A DNA stretch of 64,000 nt, from the NCBI GenBank assembly GCA_041653535.1, contig JBAZFH010000003.1:66771-130770 (forward strand), given 5' to 3'. Below, piece after piece: positions 1 to 9,508 of the stretch (position 1 is its first letter; each line of letters begins with the position of its first letter). Both the position numbers and the translations under genes were made by a program. The stretch comes from Patescibacteria group bacterium (GTDB lineage Bacteria; Patescibacteriota; Patescibacteriia; JACRDY01). A model generated the notes under the pieces. That model had not been told where the DNA came from and did no database searches. It worked only from the letters and a program-made list of their open reading frames with translations.

Positions 1-2
1 AG

Positions 3-317
3 TCTTTTGATGAAAGCCTAAAGCTCGTATCGCATTGTCCGTTGTGTGATAATAGTTATAATTTTATGGAGGCGCGAGTTCTGGAAGAGAAGGAAGGGGC
101 GAGTCTGATATATATTCGTTGTCGTAAGTGCCAGAGCGCTATTTTAGCCTTGCTTTTTAATAATCAAATGGGCATCAGTTCGGTTGGCTTGGTTACCGAT
201 CTTAATCCCGAAGAAGTGCAGAAATTTCGGCAATACAAAGAAATAAACGAAGATGATATTTTGGAAAGTCATCAGCTCTTGCAAAAAATTGATAATGTGT
301 TAGAATTGGTAGGCTAA
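3..317 (+). CDS. Hypothetical zinc-ribbon protein, 5'-truncated by the window edge
   Basis: The frame is open from position 3 (SFDESLKLVSHCPLCD...), giving a CPLC...CRKC cysteine pair. The ORF-track start at 42 is internal. Confidence 0.7.
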   Translation, partial: SFDESLKLVSHCPLCDNSYNFMEARVLEEKEGASLIYIRCRKCQSAILALLFNNQMGISSVGLVTDLNPEEVQKFRQYKEINEDDILESHQLLQKIDNVLELVG

Positions 318-331
318 TAATAAATAAACTA

Positions 332-357
332 AAAAAGACTTTAAAATCAGTCTTTTT
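332..357. terminator. Short AT-rich hairpin, possible terminator
   Basis: aaaaagact-N8-agtcttttt. Confidence 0.45.
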
Positions 358-372
358 ATATTATCAGATAAT

Positions 373-1005
373 ATGACTTTATTACTTGAAGCTAAGACCA
401 GAGAGCAAGTCGGAAAAAATATCGGAGAAGTTAGAGACAGCGGTTTTATTCCAGCGGTTTTGTATGGACACGGTATTACTAACCAAAGTTTATCCATTGG
501 TTATTCTCAGTTTGAAAAAATTTATAAAGAAGCGGGCGAAAGTTCTTTGGTGGATTTACAAGTTGATGGCGGAAAGACGGTTAAAGTTTTGGTTGCTGAT
601 GTCCAGTATGATGCCGTTAAACATTCTATTATTCATGCCGATCTTTACCAGGTTAAGATGGATGAAAAAATTAATGCCGCTATTCCCTTGGTGTTTTTTG
701 GCGAATCTCCCGTGGTTAAAGAGTTGGGCGGTACTATTGTTAATAGTATTGAAGAAATTGAAGTCAAATGTTTACCAGGGGATTTAGTCAAAGAAATTCG
801 CGTTGACATGCAGGCGCTTAAAACTTTTGAAGATAAAATTTTAGTTAAAGATTTGGAAGCTCCTTCCAATATAGAAGTGTTAACTGATCCAGAGGTTGTA
901 GTAGCTACCGCTGTTGCTGTTCGAGAAGAAAAAGAAGAAACCCCGGTTGCTGCTCCGGCAGAAACCCCGGTTGCTGCTCCGGCAGAAGATAAAAAAACTG
1001 AATAA
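373..1005 (+). CDS. rplY: 50S ribosomal protein L25/Ctc (bL25)
   Basis: IPAVLYGHG and VQYD..IIHADLY motifs, Ctc C-terminal domain, acidic tail. Confidence 0.95.
   Translation: MTLLLEAKTREQVGKNIGEVRDSGFIPAVLYGHGITNQSLSIGYSQFEKIYKEAGESSLVDLQVDGGKTVKVLVADVQYDAVKHSIIHADLYQVKMDEKINAAIPLVFFGESPVVKELGGTIVNSIEEIEVKCLPGDLVKEIRVDMQALKTFEDKILVKDLEAPSNIEVLTDPEVVVATAVAVREEKEETPVAAPAETPVAAPAEDKKTE
937..984 (+). repeat. Perfect 24-bp tandem duplication in the rplY tail (ETPVAAPA x2)
   Basis: gaaaccccggttgctgctccggca at 937-960 and 961-984. Confidence 0.95.
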
Positions 1006-1013
1006 TATTTGGC

Positions 1014-2057
1014 ATGAAAATAAAAAGTAAAAAAAATTATTATTTTATTATTATTTTATTAACAGCGGTTGTCTTTATGATAGCCGTTGTTTTGTTTTTT
1101 ATCCAAACTCCGCCAGAATTAATAACGGAAAACATAGTGCCGATCAAGATCGAACCTTGCAAAAATTTTCGTCTGATTGATGGTATTTGTGTCGAGTCTG
1201 GTAAAGAAGATATTAAACCAATTGCCGTGATGATTGAAAATCATTTTGAATCCTGGCCGCAGGCTGGTCTTGCTTCGGCGCAGCTAGTTTATGAAGCAGT
1301 AACCGAAGGGGCGATTTCTCGTTTTCTTGCCATTTATACTGACTATGAAAAAATAGAAAAAATAGGTCCAGTACGATCGGCACGTCCATATTTTATCGAT
1401 TGGGCGGAGGAATACGGTGCTTTGTATTTACATTGTGGCGGCAGTGTGGCAGCGTTGGAACAAGTCAAAAAAAGTGACAGCTTGGATGATGTTAACGAAT
1501 ATTATGCGGGAAAATATTTTTGGCGAGATCCCGGTAAGCCCAGTCCTCATAATATTTTTACTTCAGCAAATTTTTTAAATAAGTATTTGCAAGATTATAA
1601 AATAATAAATTACGGAAACTATCAGTCTTGGGTTTTTACTGACGAGGCGTCTTGGGACCAGCGAGGGAATGATTACGGCTATATCAGTTTTAATTATTCG
1701 CCGCACAGTACTTATTTGGTAGAGTGGTTTTATGACCGGCAGGATAATATTTATTATCGGGAGCACGCTGGCGAACGTCATCAAGACGATACCGGAAAAC
1801 AGATTATTGCAAAAAATATAGTTTTTCAGTTTGTTGAGACAAAAACGCTAGACAGTATCGGTCGTAAAGAGATGAAGACCGTTGGCTCGGGCAAGGCTTT
1901 GATTTTTCAAAATGGCAAATTAATAGAAGGAAAATGGAAAAAAGAAACACAAAAAGACCGGACTCGTTTTTATGATCCGGCTGAAACAGAGGTTGCTTTT
2001 GTTCGCGGCACAACCTGGATAGAAGTGGTGCCAACTGGCTGGCAAATCAACTATTAA
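1014..2057 (+). CDS. DUF3048/YerB-like membrane-anchored protein
   Basis: N-terminal TM helix; AVMIEN, PQAGL, VYE..EG.I.RF, IGPVRSARPY, PHN motifs. Confidence 0.88.
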   Translation: MKIKSKKNYYFIIILLTAVVFMIAVVLFFIQTPPELITENIVPIKIEPCKNFRLIDGICVESGKEDIKPIAVMIENHFESWPQAGLASAQLVYEAVTEGAISRFLAIYTDYEKIEKIGPVRSARPYFIDWAEEYGALYLHCGGSVAALEQVKKSDSLDDVNEYYAGKYFWRDPGKPSPHNIFTSANFLNKYLQDYKIINYGNYQSWVFTDEASWDQRGNDYGYISFNYSPHSTYLVEWFYDRQDNIYYREHAGERHQDDTGKQIIAKNIVFQFVETKTLDSIGRKEMKTVGSGKALIFQNGKLIEGKWKKETQKDRTRFYDPAETEVAFVRGTTWIEVVPTGWQINY

Positions 2058-2920
2058 ATTATTTTTTTTAAAATTAAGACCCTGTCAAAATCACAGAGGT
2101 CTTTTTTTATGGTGGTTTTGTACCCGGGTAAATATTTAGTGCAGAGTTTTTGCAGGACTCGACCTTGATTATGTCCTATTTCCAGAAGAACGAAATTTGG
2201 TTGTTGTTTTCTTTTTGCCAGTTGGCTGAAGAATTTTTTAAATTTATCGAGTCCCTTGTCTCCGGCGTAAAGAGCGAGTGTTGGTTCAAATTTTAGACCA
2301 CGAGTTTCGGTAGAGCGTAATAGGTTTTTCATTTTTTTATCAAGGTAGGGGAGGTTGGCAACGATAATATCTAGCTTAATATTTTGCAAGGGACTTAGCA
2401 GGCTCCCTCTTTTAAAAATTAGCTGCTTGGTGGTTTTGTGCTCGGCGGAATTTTTTTTGGCGACCGTTAGGGCCAGAGAGGAAATATCCGTGGCATATAT
2501 TTTGGCATTGGGGGATTTTGTAGCGATAGTAATAGCAACACAACCGGAGCCAGTGCCGATGTCGGCAATAGTAATGGGTGGCTGGTAGTTGGCGTTTATA
2601 ATTTTTAAGGTTTCCTCAACGAGCAGTTCGGTTTCGGGACGGGGGACCAAGACGTGGCGATTAACAATGAAATCCAGACCGTAAAATTCTTTATGACCGG
2701 TTAAATAAGCAATTGGTTCGCCCGTTTTTCTTTTGGAAATTAGAAATTGTAAATTAGAAATTTGTTTTTTGGTGAGAACCGTCTCGGGATGGATCAAGAT
2801 AAATTCTTTCGGTTTTTTGAGTACATGTGCTAAAAGAATCTCGGCGTCGAGCGTGGGAGAAGATGATTTGGACTTTAGACGCTTAGTTGCGTCGTTGAGT
2901 ATTTTTGAGATGTTGGACAT
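2054..2920 (-). CDS. prmC: Release factor glutamine methyltransferase
   Basis: GEPIAYLTG.KEFYG, VLVPRPETE, DIGTGSGC, NLPY; downstream of prfA. Confidence 0.95.
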   Translation of the reverse strand: MSNISKILNDATKRLKSKSSSPTLDAEILLAHVLKKPKEFILIHPETVLTKKQISNLQFLISKRKTGEPIAYLTGHKEFYGLDFIVNRHVLVPRPETELLVEETLKIINANYQPPITIADIGTGSGCVAITIATKSPNAKIYATDISSLALTVAKKNSAEHKTTKQLIFKRGSLLSPLQNIKLDIIVANLPYLDKKMKNLLRSTETRGLKFEPTLALYAGDKGLDKFKKFFSQLAKRKQQPNFVLLEIGHNQGRVLQKLCTKYLPGYKTTIKKDLCDFDRVLILKKII

Positions 2921-2990
2921 AGAGACTGGGTATGTAGTATACGGTATACGGTATACAGGAACTTAGTCTATTTCCTATATACTGTATACT
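2921..2990. repeat. Intergenic heptamer repeat pair (tatacgg / tatactg family)
   Basis: gtatacggtatacggtatacagg ... cctatatactgtatact. Confidence 0.75.
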
Positions 2991-4039
2991 TACCCCTGCA
3001 TACTTTCCTTAGCGGCTTTTTTGAGAGCATTAATTATCTCAGTAATATCGCCATCAAGCATCTTGTCGATCCCGTGCCAGCTCTCTTTGATGCGATGATC
3101 AGTGATTCTGTCCTGAGGAAAGTTGTAAGTACGGATTTTTTCACTACGATCACCAGTACCGATTTGGTTTTTGCGAGTGGCGGCTAGCTTTTTTTGTTTC
3201 TCTTCTTCTCGGGCGGCGAGTAGGCGAGAGCGCAGTACTTGCATGGCTTTTTCCCTGTTTTGTAGCTGACTGCGTTCATCTTGGCAGGAAACCACTAACC
3301 CGGTAGGTATATGAGTGATGCGGACCGCTGAATAAGTGGTGTTAACGCTTTGACCGCCGTGACCGCCGGCACAAAAAGTATCGATACGTAAATCCTTTTG
3401 ATTTATTTCGACGTCAATTTCTTCGGCTTCTGGCATTACGGCTACGGTTGCAGCCGAGGTATGAATACGACCACTTTTTTCAGTTTCTGGCACACGTTGA
3501 ACGCGGTGAACACCGCTTTCATATTTGAGATTGCCATAAACATTTTTGCCGTTTACTTCAAAAATTACTTCTTTATATCCGCCAATACCAATACGGCTAG
3601 CAGAAACGATCTTGGTTTTCCAAGCGTTTTTTTCAGCATAACGGCTGTACATACGAAAAAGATCAGCGGCAAAGAGAGCTGATTCGTCACCGCCCGTACC
3701 GGCACGAATTTCTATAATGATGTTTTTTTTATCCAACGGGTCGGCGGGATTGAGCAGTTCAGTTATTTGTGAATTAATCAATTTTTTTCTTTCCTGCAAT
3801 TCAAAAAGGTCAGCCTGAGCCAGTTCGCTCATTTCGCTGTCGCCGCTTTTTATCAAATTTTCATTTTCGATAATCTCCCTATCTATTCCTTCTAGCTCGG
3901 TAATTTTGCCAACGACCTCTTTGAGTTCGTTGTATTTTTGGGAAATTTTTTTCATTTCTTCACGGTTATTGGCGATCGACGGATTTTGCAACTGCTGTTC
4001 TATTTCAGAATATTGGTTTTTAGCTTCTTGTATAGTCAT
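2990..4039 (-). CDS. prfA: Peptide chain release factor 1
   Basis: GGQ motif, PET specificity loop (RVPETE), [19 protein letters not shown]. Confidence 0.97.
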   Translation of the reverse strand: MTIQEAKNQYSEIEQQLQNPSIANNREEMKKISQKYNELKEVVGKITELEGIDREIIENENLIKSGDSEMSELAQADLFELQERKKLINSQITELLNPADPLDKKNIIIEIRAGTGGDESALFAADLFRMYSRYAEKNAWKTKIVSASRIGIGGYKEVIFEVNGKNVYGNLKYESGVHRVQRVPETEKSGRIHTSAATVAVMPEAEEIDVEINQKDLRIDTFCAGGHGGQSVNTTYSAVRITHIPTGLVVSCQDERSQLQNREKAMQVLRSRLLAAREEEKQKKLAATRKNQIGTGDRSEKIRTYNFPQDRITDHRIKESWHGIDKMLDGDITEIINALKKAAKESMQG

Positions 4040-4122
4040 ATTATTTTTTTAACTATTTAAAAACCCGCTTCTATTCTATCACAAATAAGTCATGATAAAA
4101 ACAAAGCGGGAAAATATCAAAT

Positions 4123-4422
4123 TTACTTTTTTGATTTAACCTTCTTTTCGTTAGTTTTTTTAGCGGCGGCTTTTTTGGCGTGTTTTGTTTTTTTACTGCC
4201 TCGGGTTTGAGCAGCAGTAACAGCCCTTTCAGCGCGTTGTTTAAACTTATCGACGCGTCTAGCGGTATCGACTAATTTTTGGGTTCCAGTATAGAAGGGA
4301 TGACACATAGAGCAGAGCTCGGTGTGAATCTCCTCAGTGGTCGAGCCAACGGTAAAAGTATTGCCACAGGCGCAAATTACCTTAGCATTTTTGTGATATT
4401 TGGGATGAATATCTTTTTTCAT
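4123..4422 (-). CDS. rpmE: 50S ribosomal protein L31 (zinc-binding type)
   Basis: [23 protein letters not shown]. Confidence 0.97.
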   Translation of the reverse strand: MKKDIHPKYHKNAKVICACGNTFTVGSTTEEIHTELCSMCHPFYTGTQKLVDTARRVDKFKQRAERAVTAAQTRGSKKTKHAKKAAAKKTNEKKVKSKK

Positions 4423-4507
4423 AAATTTTTAATTCTTTTGTGATCCTTGCCTTGCCAGTGGACATCTGGCCGGTCGGATTAACTGTGTTATTTCGTAAGT
4501 GGTTAAA

Positions 4508-4536
4508 AGTATAACACGTGATTTTTAAAAAAGCAA
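4508..4536 (-). promoter_or_regulatory. Sigma70 promoter for rpmE-prfA-prmC
   Basis: Minus strand TTGCTT-N17-TATACT with an extended -10 TGn. Confidence 0.6.
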
Positions 4537-4543
4537 TACTTGG

Positions 4544-4990
4544 TTATTTTTTGCCAGAACGTTTAAGATAAAGACTTTTTATTTCGCGAGTTAGGGCAAA
4601 AATGGTTAAAATAGCGATATAAGTGGCTGCCAGGTCGTGATTAACGTAAAGTTGCTTATCGTATGCCGCCATAGCCACAAAAACAAGCATTAATATAGTC
4701 CATGTTAAAACATAAAACTCGCCATAGCGAACTGAGCTATGAATATTGTTCCAGCGTTGAAACTCTTTAGTGCCGACATAAATGGTAAGGACCCCAATAT
4801 AAATAATAGCTAGGTTGGTCGTTAGTTCTGGATGGGGATAAGCGTTTATAAATTCATAGGTAAAAACCACCATTGCAGCCATTGACCACGTATTTACCAG
4901 GACTCGCCAAATAGATGCCGGAATGAGTTCGGCAATTGTTTCTGGTAAGCTGTTTATCAAATCGGTAGTTTTTTGTAATTTTCCATTCAT
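4544..4990 (-). CDS. Hypothetical membrane protein (~4 TM helices)
   Basis: Four hydrophobic segments. Start moved to ATG 4990 because the longer ORF overlaps the tetR promoter and operator. Confidence 0.7.
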   Translation of the reverse strand: MNGKLQKTTDLINSLPETIAELIPASIWRVLVNTWSMAAMVVFTYEFINAYPHPELTTNLAIIYIGVLTIYVGTKEFQRWNNIHSSVRYGEFYVLTWTILMLVFVAMAAYDKQLYVNHDLAATYIAILTIFALTREIKSLYLKRSGKK

Positions 4991-5048
4991 ATTATTTTTC
5001 TTTATATTATAGTAGTAAAATTGGTTAAAAAAATCCAGTTGTCGATCC

Positions 5049-5076
5049 TTGACAGTGGATAGGAAAGGAGTATAAT
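5049..5076 (+). promoter_or_regulatory. Consensus sigma70 promoter of the tetR-efflux operon
   Basis: TTGACA-N16-TATAAT. Confidence 0.75.
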
Positions 5077-5084
5077 AAAAAAAT

Positions 5085-5101
5085 ACCGACCGATGGTCGG
5101 T
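5085..5101. promoter_or_regulatory. Putative TetR-family operator
   Basis: Palindrome ACCGACC-gat-GGTCGGT just downstream of the -10 box and upstream of the tetR start. Confidence 0.7.
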
Positions 5102-5123
5102 TTCCGGCAGCAAAATAGTAAAT

Positions 5124-5816
5124 ATGGTCAATGTTAAAAAGGTAAAGAAGATAAATAAATCCGAGTTGACTCGTGATGAGCTGCTTAATATTGCCGAAAA
5201 ATCTTTTGTTAAAAAAGGATATAATCAGACCAGTATTAATGATATTGTTAAGATCGTTAAAGTATCTAAAGGCGGGTTTTATCACCATTTTTCTAGTAAG
5301 GAAGAGCTGTTGTCGGGAATTCTCGATCGTCATCTGATTGGACTAAAAAAAAGTATTCAACAAATAGTGGATGATAAAAAAATTAACGGTGCGGAAAAGC
5401 TCAAGCTTTATTTTTATCAGAGTTGGGATTTTATGCGTCCCAAAAGAATGTTATTTATAGATTTATTTTACAATACTCGTGACCCATTTATTAACGATGA
5501 ATTGTGTGCTAAAATCAAAAAAAACCTTGTTCCGCTTTTTATAAAGATTGTAGAGCAGGCAGCGAAGGAGGACGCGTTGGATTGTCCTTATCCGGCGGAA
5601 ACAGTAGAGCTGATTATTGACGCGAGAACGACTTTGGTTAAATTGCCGCACAAGACGTTGCATGACAAAGAAGTGTTATTTCGTTATTTTGCCGCTTTTA
5701 AAAATTTGGTTGATAAATCGCTTGGTATTAAAAAAGAAATATTTGGTAAAAATATCAGTGAGGCGATATTAAAACAGGCTAGTTTTATAAATAAATATCA
5801 TAAAGATAAAGAGTAA
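5124..5816 (+). CDS. TetR/AcrR family transcriptional regulator
   Basis: F..KGY..TSI.DIV....VSKGGFYHHFSSKEEL helix-turn-helix. Confidence 0.93.
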   Translation: MVNVKKVKKINKSELTRDELLNIAEKSFVKKGYNQTSINDIVKIVKVSKGGFYHHFSSKEELLSGILDRHLIGLKKSIQQIVDDKKINGAEKLKLYFYQSWDFMRPKRMLFIDLFYNTRDPFINDELCAKIKKNLVPLFIKIVEQAAKEDALDCPYPAETVELIIDARTTLVKLPHKTLHDKEVLFRYFAAFKNLVDKSLGIKKEIFGKNISEAILKQASFINKYHKDKE

Positions 5817-5822
5817 AAAGCT

Positions 5823-7496
5823 ATGAAAAAAAGAAATAAGGTTATTTTAATTATCATTGCCGTTTTGGTTGTTGTTGCTGTTGTTTATTTTGGTTTTCTT
5901 AAAAAAGCACCAATGACCGAGTATGTTACGGCTAAGGTAGAAAAAGGAAATCTGGTACAGACCGTGTCGGCTACCGGCTCGGTGAAAAGCACTGAAACAA
6001 TTGATTTAAATTTTGCGGCAACCGGTCGAATAGTATTTTTGCCGGTTAAGGTTGGCGACAAGGTGGCTGCCGGGCAAGCTTTAGCGCGACTCGATTCTTC
6101 TGATTTGTCCAGTCAGCTGCGACAGGCTCAAGCTAGCCTAGCTTCAGCGCAAGCGAATTTAAATAAACTGGTGGCCGGCGCTACAGTCGAAGACGTGAAT
6201 GTCACTTCGCAGCAGGTAGATTCGGCTCGCGTGGCTTATCTGGCTGCTTTGGTTGATCTGGAAAACGCTAAGAAAGATAAGGATAAAAATTTGGAAGCAC
6301 TGCGCGCTACCGCCGTTAGCGATTTAAACAATTATTTATTCAAGGCTAAGGCAGCGATGGACACGGTTTATAACACCATAAATGATAATGACGCCAAAGA
6401 TACTTTTAGTGATAAAAATTCTCAGTTAAAAATTGATCTGGAATTACAGCGGGTAGCTGCTAATCAGGCCGTTGCTGACGCTGAGCCGTATGTTTTGCAA
6501 GCAAGTAGCCTTGGCACTATTGTTGCCGCGGAAAACGCTCTGACCAAAGAATTTTATGCACTTAATCAGGTTAATAATGCTTTAGACTTAACTTTTAATG
6601 CGTTATTAAACACACCGACTAGTTCGACTTTTACAACAACCGAACTTGATACCCTGAAAACCAGCGTTCGTTCCGATCAAACAATAATTGCTACTGGCAT
6701 TACTACAATCGGGACGGACAAGTCTAATCTGCAAACCAAAGAAAATTATTATAATAATCAGATTGATTCAGCTCAGTCATTGGCAGATAAAGCTAAAACC
6801 GCCCTGGACTTAGCCGAAGCCCAGCTGCTTTTCAAAAAAGCGCCAACTCGTTCGGAGGATATAGAATATCAACATTCGGTGGTAAAACAAGCCGAAGCCC
6901 AGGTCGGGTCTATTTCTAGCAGAATTACAGATCGTATTATTACCGCCCCAGTTGACGGTATTATTACGGCGGTTAATAACGCTGTTGGCGAAACCGCTGG
7001 TGCTAGCGCTGGATCGGTGATAGTTATGTTGCCCAACAATCCTTACTATATTGAGGTTGATATTTCTGAAGCTGACATTGCTAAACTAAAATTGGGCAAT
7101 AAAGCTACTTACACTCTTGATTCTTATGGTAGTGATGTGAAATTTAGCGGGCAGATATTAGCTATTGATCCCGCCGAGACGGTAATTTCGGGCGTGGTTT
7201 ATTATCGGGTTAAAGTTGACCTAGGACAGTCTGATAAAGAAATTAAATCTGGTATGACCGCTAATATTGATATAGTGGCAGCAGAAAAAAATGATGTTTT
7301 ATATATCCCGCAACGCGCGGTAAAAAATAAAGACGGCAAAAAAGTGGTTGAGGTGATGATCGATAAAACTAAGAATGAGGTTGTCGAAAAGGTTGTTGAG
7401 ATCGGATTAAAGGCAGACGATGGTTTGATCGAAATCGTTTCGGGGTTAAATCAAGCTGAAGAAATTGTGGTTTACGTAAAAAATGCCAGCAAATAA
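5823..7496 (+). CDS. Efflux membrane-fusion/adaptor protein (MacA/HlyD-like) with a long coiled coil
   Basis: N-terminal TM, VSATGSV, lipoyl halves VKVGDKV and ITAPVDG, GMTANIDI. Confidence 0.9.
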   Translation: MKKRNKVILIIIAVLVVVAVVYFGFLKKAPMTEYVTAKVEKGNLVQTVSATGSVKSTETIDLNFAATGRIVFLPVKVGDKVAAGQALARLDSSDLSSQLRQAQASLASAQANLNKLVAGATVEDVNVTSQQVDSARVAYLAALVDLENAKKDKDKNLEALRATAVSDLNNYLFKAKAAMDTVYNTINDNDAKDTFSDKNSQLKIDLELQRVAANQAVADAEPYVLQASSLGTIVAAENALTKEFYALNQVNNALDLTFNALLNTPTSSTFTTTELDTLKTSVRSDQTIIATGITTIGTDKSNLQTKENYYNNQIDSAQSLADKAKTALDLAEAQLLFKKAPTRSEDIEYQHSVVKQAEAQVGSISSRITDRIITAPVDGIITAVNNAVGETAGASAGSVIVMLPNNPYYIEVDISEADIAKLKLGNKATYTLDSYGSDVKFSGQILAIDPAETVISGVVYYRVKVDLGQSDKEIKSGMTANIDIVAAEKNDVLYIPQRAVKNKDGKKVVEVMIDKTKNEVVEKVVEIGLKADDGLIEIVSGLNQAEEIVVYVKNASK

Positions 7497-7499
7497 TCT

Positions 7500-8225
7500 A
7501 TGGCAATTCCTATAATAAAATTAGTCGATCTCAAGAAAGATTACGTCAGCGAAGAAATTATCACCTCTGTTTTGAGAGGGGTTAGTTTTGAAATACAGGC
7601 TGGTGAGTTTGTGGCGATTATGGGTCCGTCAGGGTCTGGCAAATCAACACTGATGCATATTTTAGGCTTTTTGGACCGCGCTAGTGGCGGAGATTATTTT
7701 CTTAAAGGTGGAAATGTTAAAGATATTCCTGATGAAGAAATGGCGAGTGTTCGTCTTAACAATATTGGTTTTATTTTTCAGTCATTTAATCTTTTGCCTA
7801 GGCTGTCGGCTCTAGATAATGTTATCTTGCCGTTAATTTATAATAAAAAAGTTAAAATATCCGATCGCAAAAAAATCGCTCAAAAAGAGTTAGAAGCGGT
7901 TGGTTTGGGACATCGTCTGAATTATTTGGCTAATCAATTGTCCGGTGGTGAAAAACAGCGAGTAGCTATTGCTCGAGCCCTAATCAATGATCCGGAAATA
8001 ATTTTTGCCGATGAACCGACGGGTAACCTAGATAGTAAATCCGGCGAACAAGTGATGGAGATATTGGAAAAGCTTAATGATGGTGGTAAAACTATTATTT
8101 TAGTTACTCATGAAAGCGATACTGCTGATCATGCCAAAAGAGTGATTAAAATCAGGGATGGGTCTATAGTTGGTGACGCTATAGTTAATAACCGCAAATT
8201 TGCCAAAGACGGACTCAATAAATAA
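7500..8225 (+). CDS. ABC transporter ATP-binding protein (MacB/LolD-like)
   Basis: [33 protein letters not shown]. Confidence 0.95.
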   Translation: MAIPIIKLVDLKKDYVSEEIITSVLRGVSFEIQAGEFVAIMGPSGSGKSTLMHILGFLDRASGGDYFLKGGNVKDIPDEEMASVRLNNIGFIFQSFNLLPRLSALDNVILPLIYNKKVKISDRKKIAQKELEAVGLGHRLNYLANQLSGGEKQRVAIARALINDPEIIFADEPTGNLDSKSGEQVMEILEKLNDGGKTIILVTHESDTADHAKRVIKIRDGSIVGDAIVNNRKFAKDGLNK

Positions 8226-8227
8226 CT

Positions 8228-9457
8228 ATGTATATAAGTGATGCAATAAAGATTGCGGAAAAGGCCCTGCTTACCAATAAAAAGCGGGCTGTTTTGACTA
8301 TTCTCGGCATTGTTATCGGTATCACCGCCGTGATTGTTATTATGGCGGTTGGCGCTGGCGCCCAAAGTTTGATTGTTAACCAGATCAATAGTTTGGGTTC
8401 GAATTTAGTTGGCATACTGCCAGGTGGTGGAGATGAAAAAAGCCCTCCGGCTTTTGCTTTTGGTATTGTTATTACTACTCTAAAAAATGAAGATATTGAT
8501 GCTATTAGGCGAGAATTGCCAGAAGTAGTAGCTGCTTCTGGTATTGTAACGACCGACGAGGTTGTTTCTTATGAGGAAGAAGCTAATAGTTATACGATTA
8601 TCGGTGGTTCAGCGGAATTTCCCACGGTTAATGATTTAGAAATTGATGAAGGTCGCTGGTTTTCGGGAGAGGAAGAGAGAGGTCTTGGCAGGGTGGCTAT
8701 TATTGGCAGTCAGATAAAAGAAGAAATTTTTCCTGACGAGGATCCGATTGGTCATAAGATAAAAATTAAAAAAGAATCTTTTACCATTATCGGCTATACC
8801 AAACCAAAGGGGTCGGCGATGGGTCAAAGTTTTGACAAGACTGTTTACTTGCCAGTTTCTTCGGGGCAAAAATTGATAATGGGAATAGATTATCTAAATT
8901 ACGCTAGGATTAAAATTGATACTGCTGAAAATATCGAACCGACAATTTTGGAAATGGAAAGAATTTTGCGCCAGCGTCATAATATTGATAATCCCGAAGA
9001 CGACGATTTTAGTGTTCGTAATCAAGCGGCAGCATTAGACACTTTAACCAGCATTACCGACTATTTGAGATTTTTTCTAGCTGCTATTGCCGCGATTGCT
9101 TTGCTCGTCGGCGGTATTGGTATTATGAATATCATGCTGGTTTCGGTAACAGAAAGGACCCGTGAAATTGGGTTGCGTAAGGCGGTTGGGGCGGCAGAGG
9201 AGCAAATTTTATTACAATTTTTGCTTGAGGCGGTATTTTTGACTTTTATCGCTGGTATTATCGGAATAATTTTAGGCGGTCTGATCTCTTTATTTATTTC
9301 GTTTGTTATGAATTACCTTGGTTATAGCTGGAGTTTTGTTATTTCTTTTTCATCGATTATTATCGGCGTGGGTGTGGCTGGGGTAATTGGACTAGTTTTT
9401 GGCTACTACCCGGCGCTTCGCGCAGCAAAGTTAGATCCGATAGATTCTTTGAGATAG
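8228..9457 (+). CDS. MacB-family ABC permease
   Basis: LTILGIVIG; GGIGIMNIMLVSVTERTREIGLRKAVGA. Confidence 0.93.
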   Translation: MYISDAIKIAEKALLTNKKRAVLTILGIVIGITAVIVIMAVGAGAQSLIVNQINSLGSNLVGILPGGGDEKSPPAFAFGIVITTLKNEDIDAIRRELPEVVAASGIVTTDEVVSYEEEANSYTIIGGSAEFPTVNDLEIDEGRWFSGEEERGLGRVAIIGSQIKEEIFPDEDPIGHKIKIKKESFTIIGYTKPKGSAMGQSFDKTVYLPVSSGQKLIMGIDYLNYARIKIDTAENIEPTILEMERILRQRHNIDNPEDDDFSVRNQAAALDTLTSITDYLRFFLAAIAAIALLVGGIGIMNIMLVSVTERTREIGLRKAVGAAEEQILLQFLLEAVFLTFIAGIIGIILGGLISLFISFVMNYLGYSWSFVISFSSIIIGVGVAGVIGLVFGYYPALRAAKLDPIDSLR

Positions 9458-9508
9458 GTATTGAAAATTAAATAGCAAGGACTATAAAAAGGTTATACGC
9501 TAAGTATT

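Noticed and set aside
9440-9470. First permease ends at DSLR instead of the usual LRxE, suggesting a pseudogene
   Set aside because: Only about two terminal residues differ and all TM segments are present.
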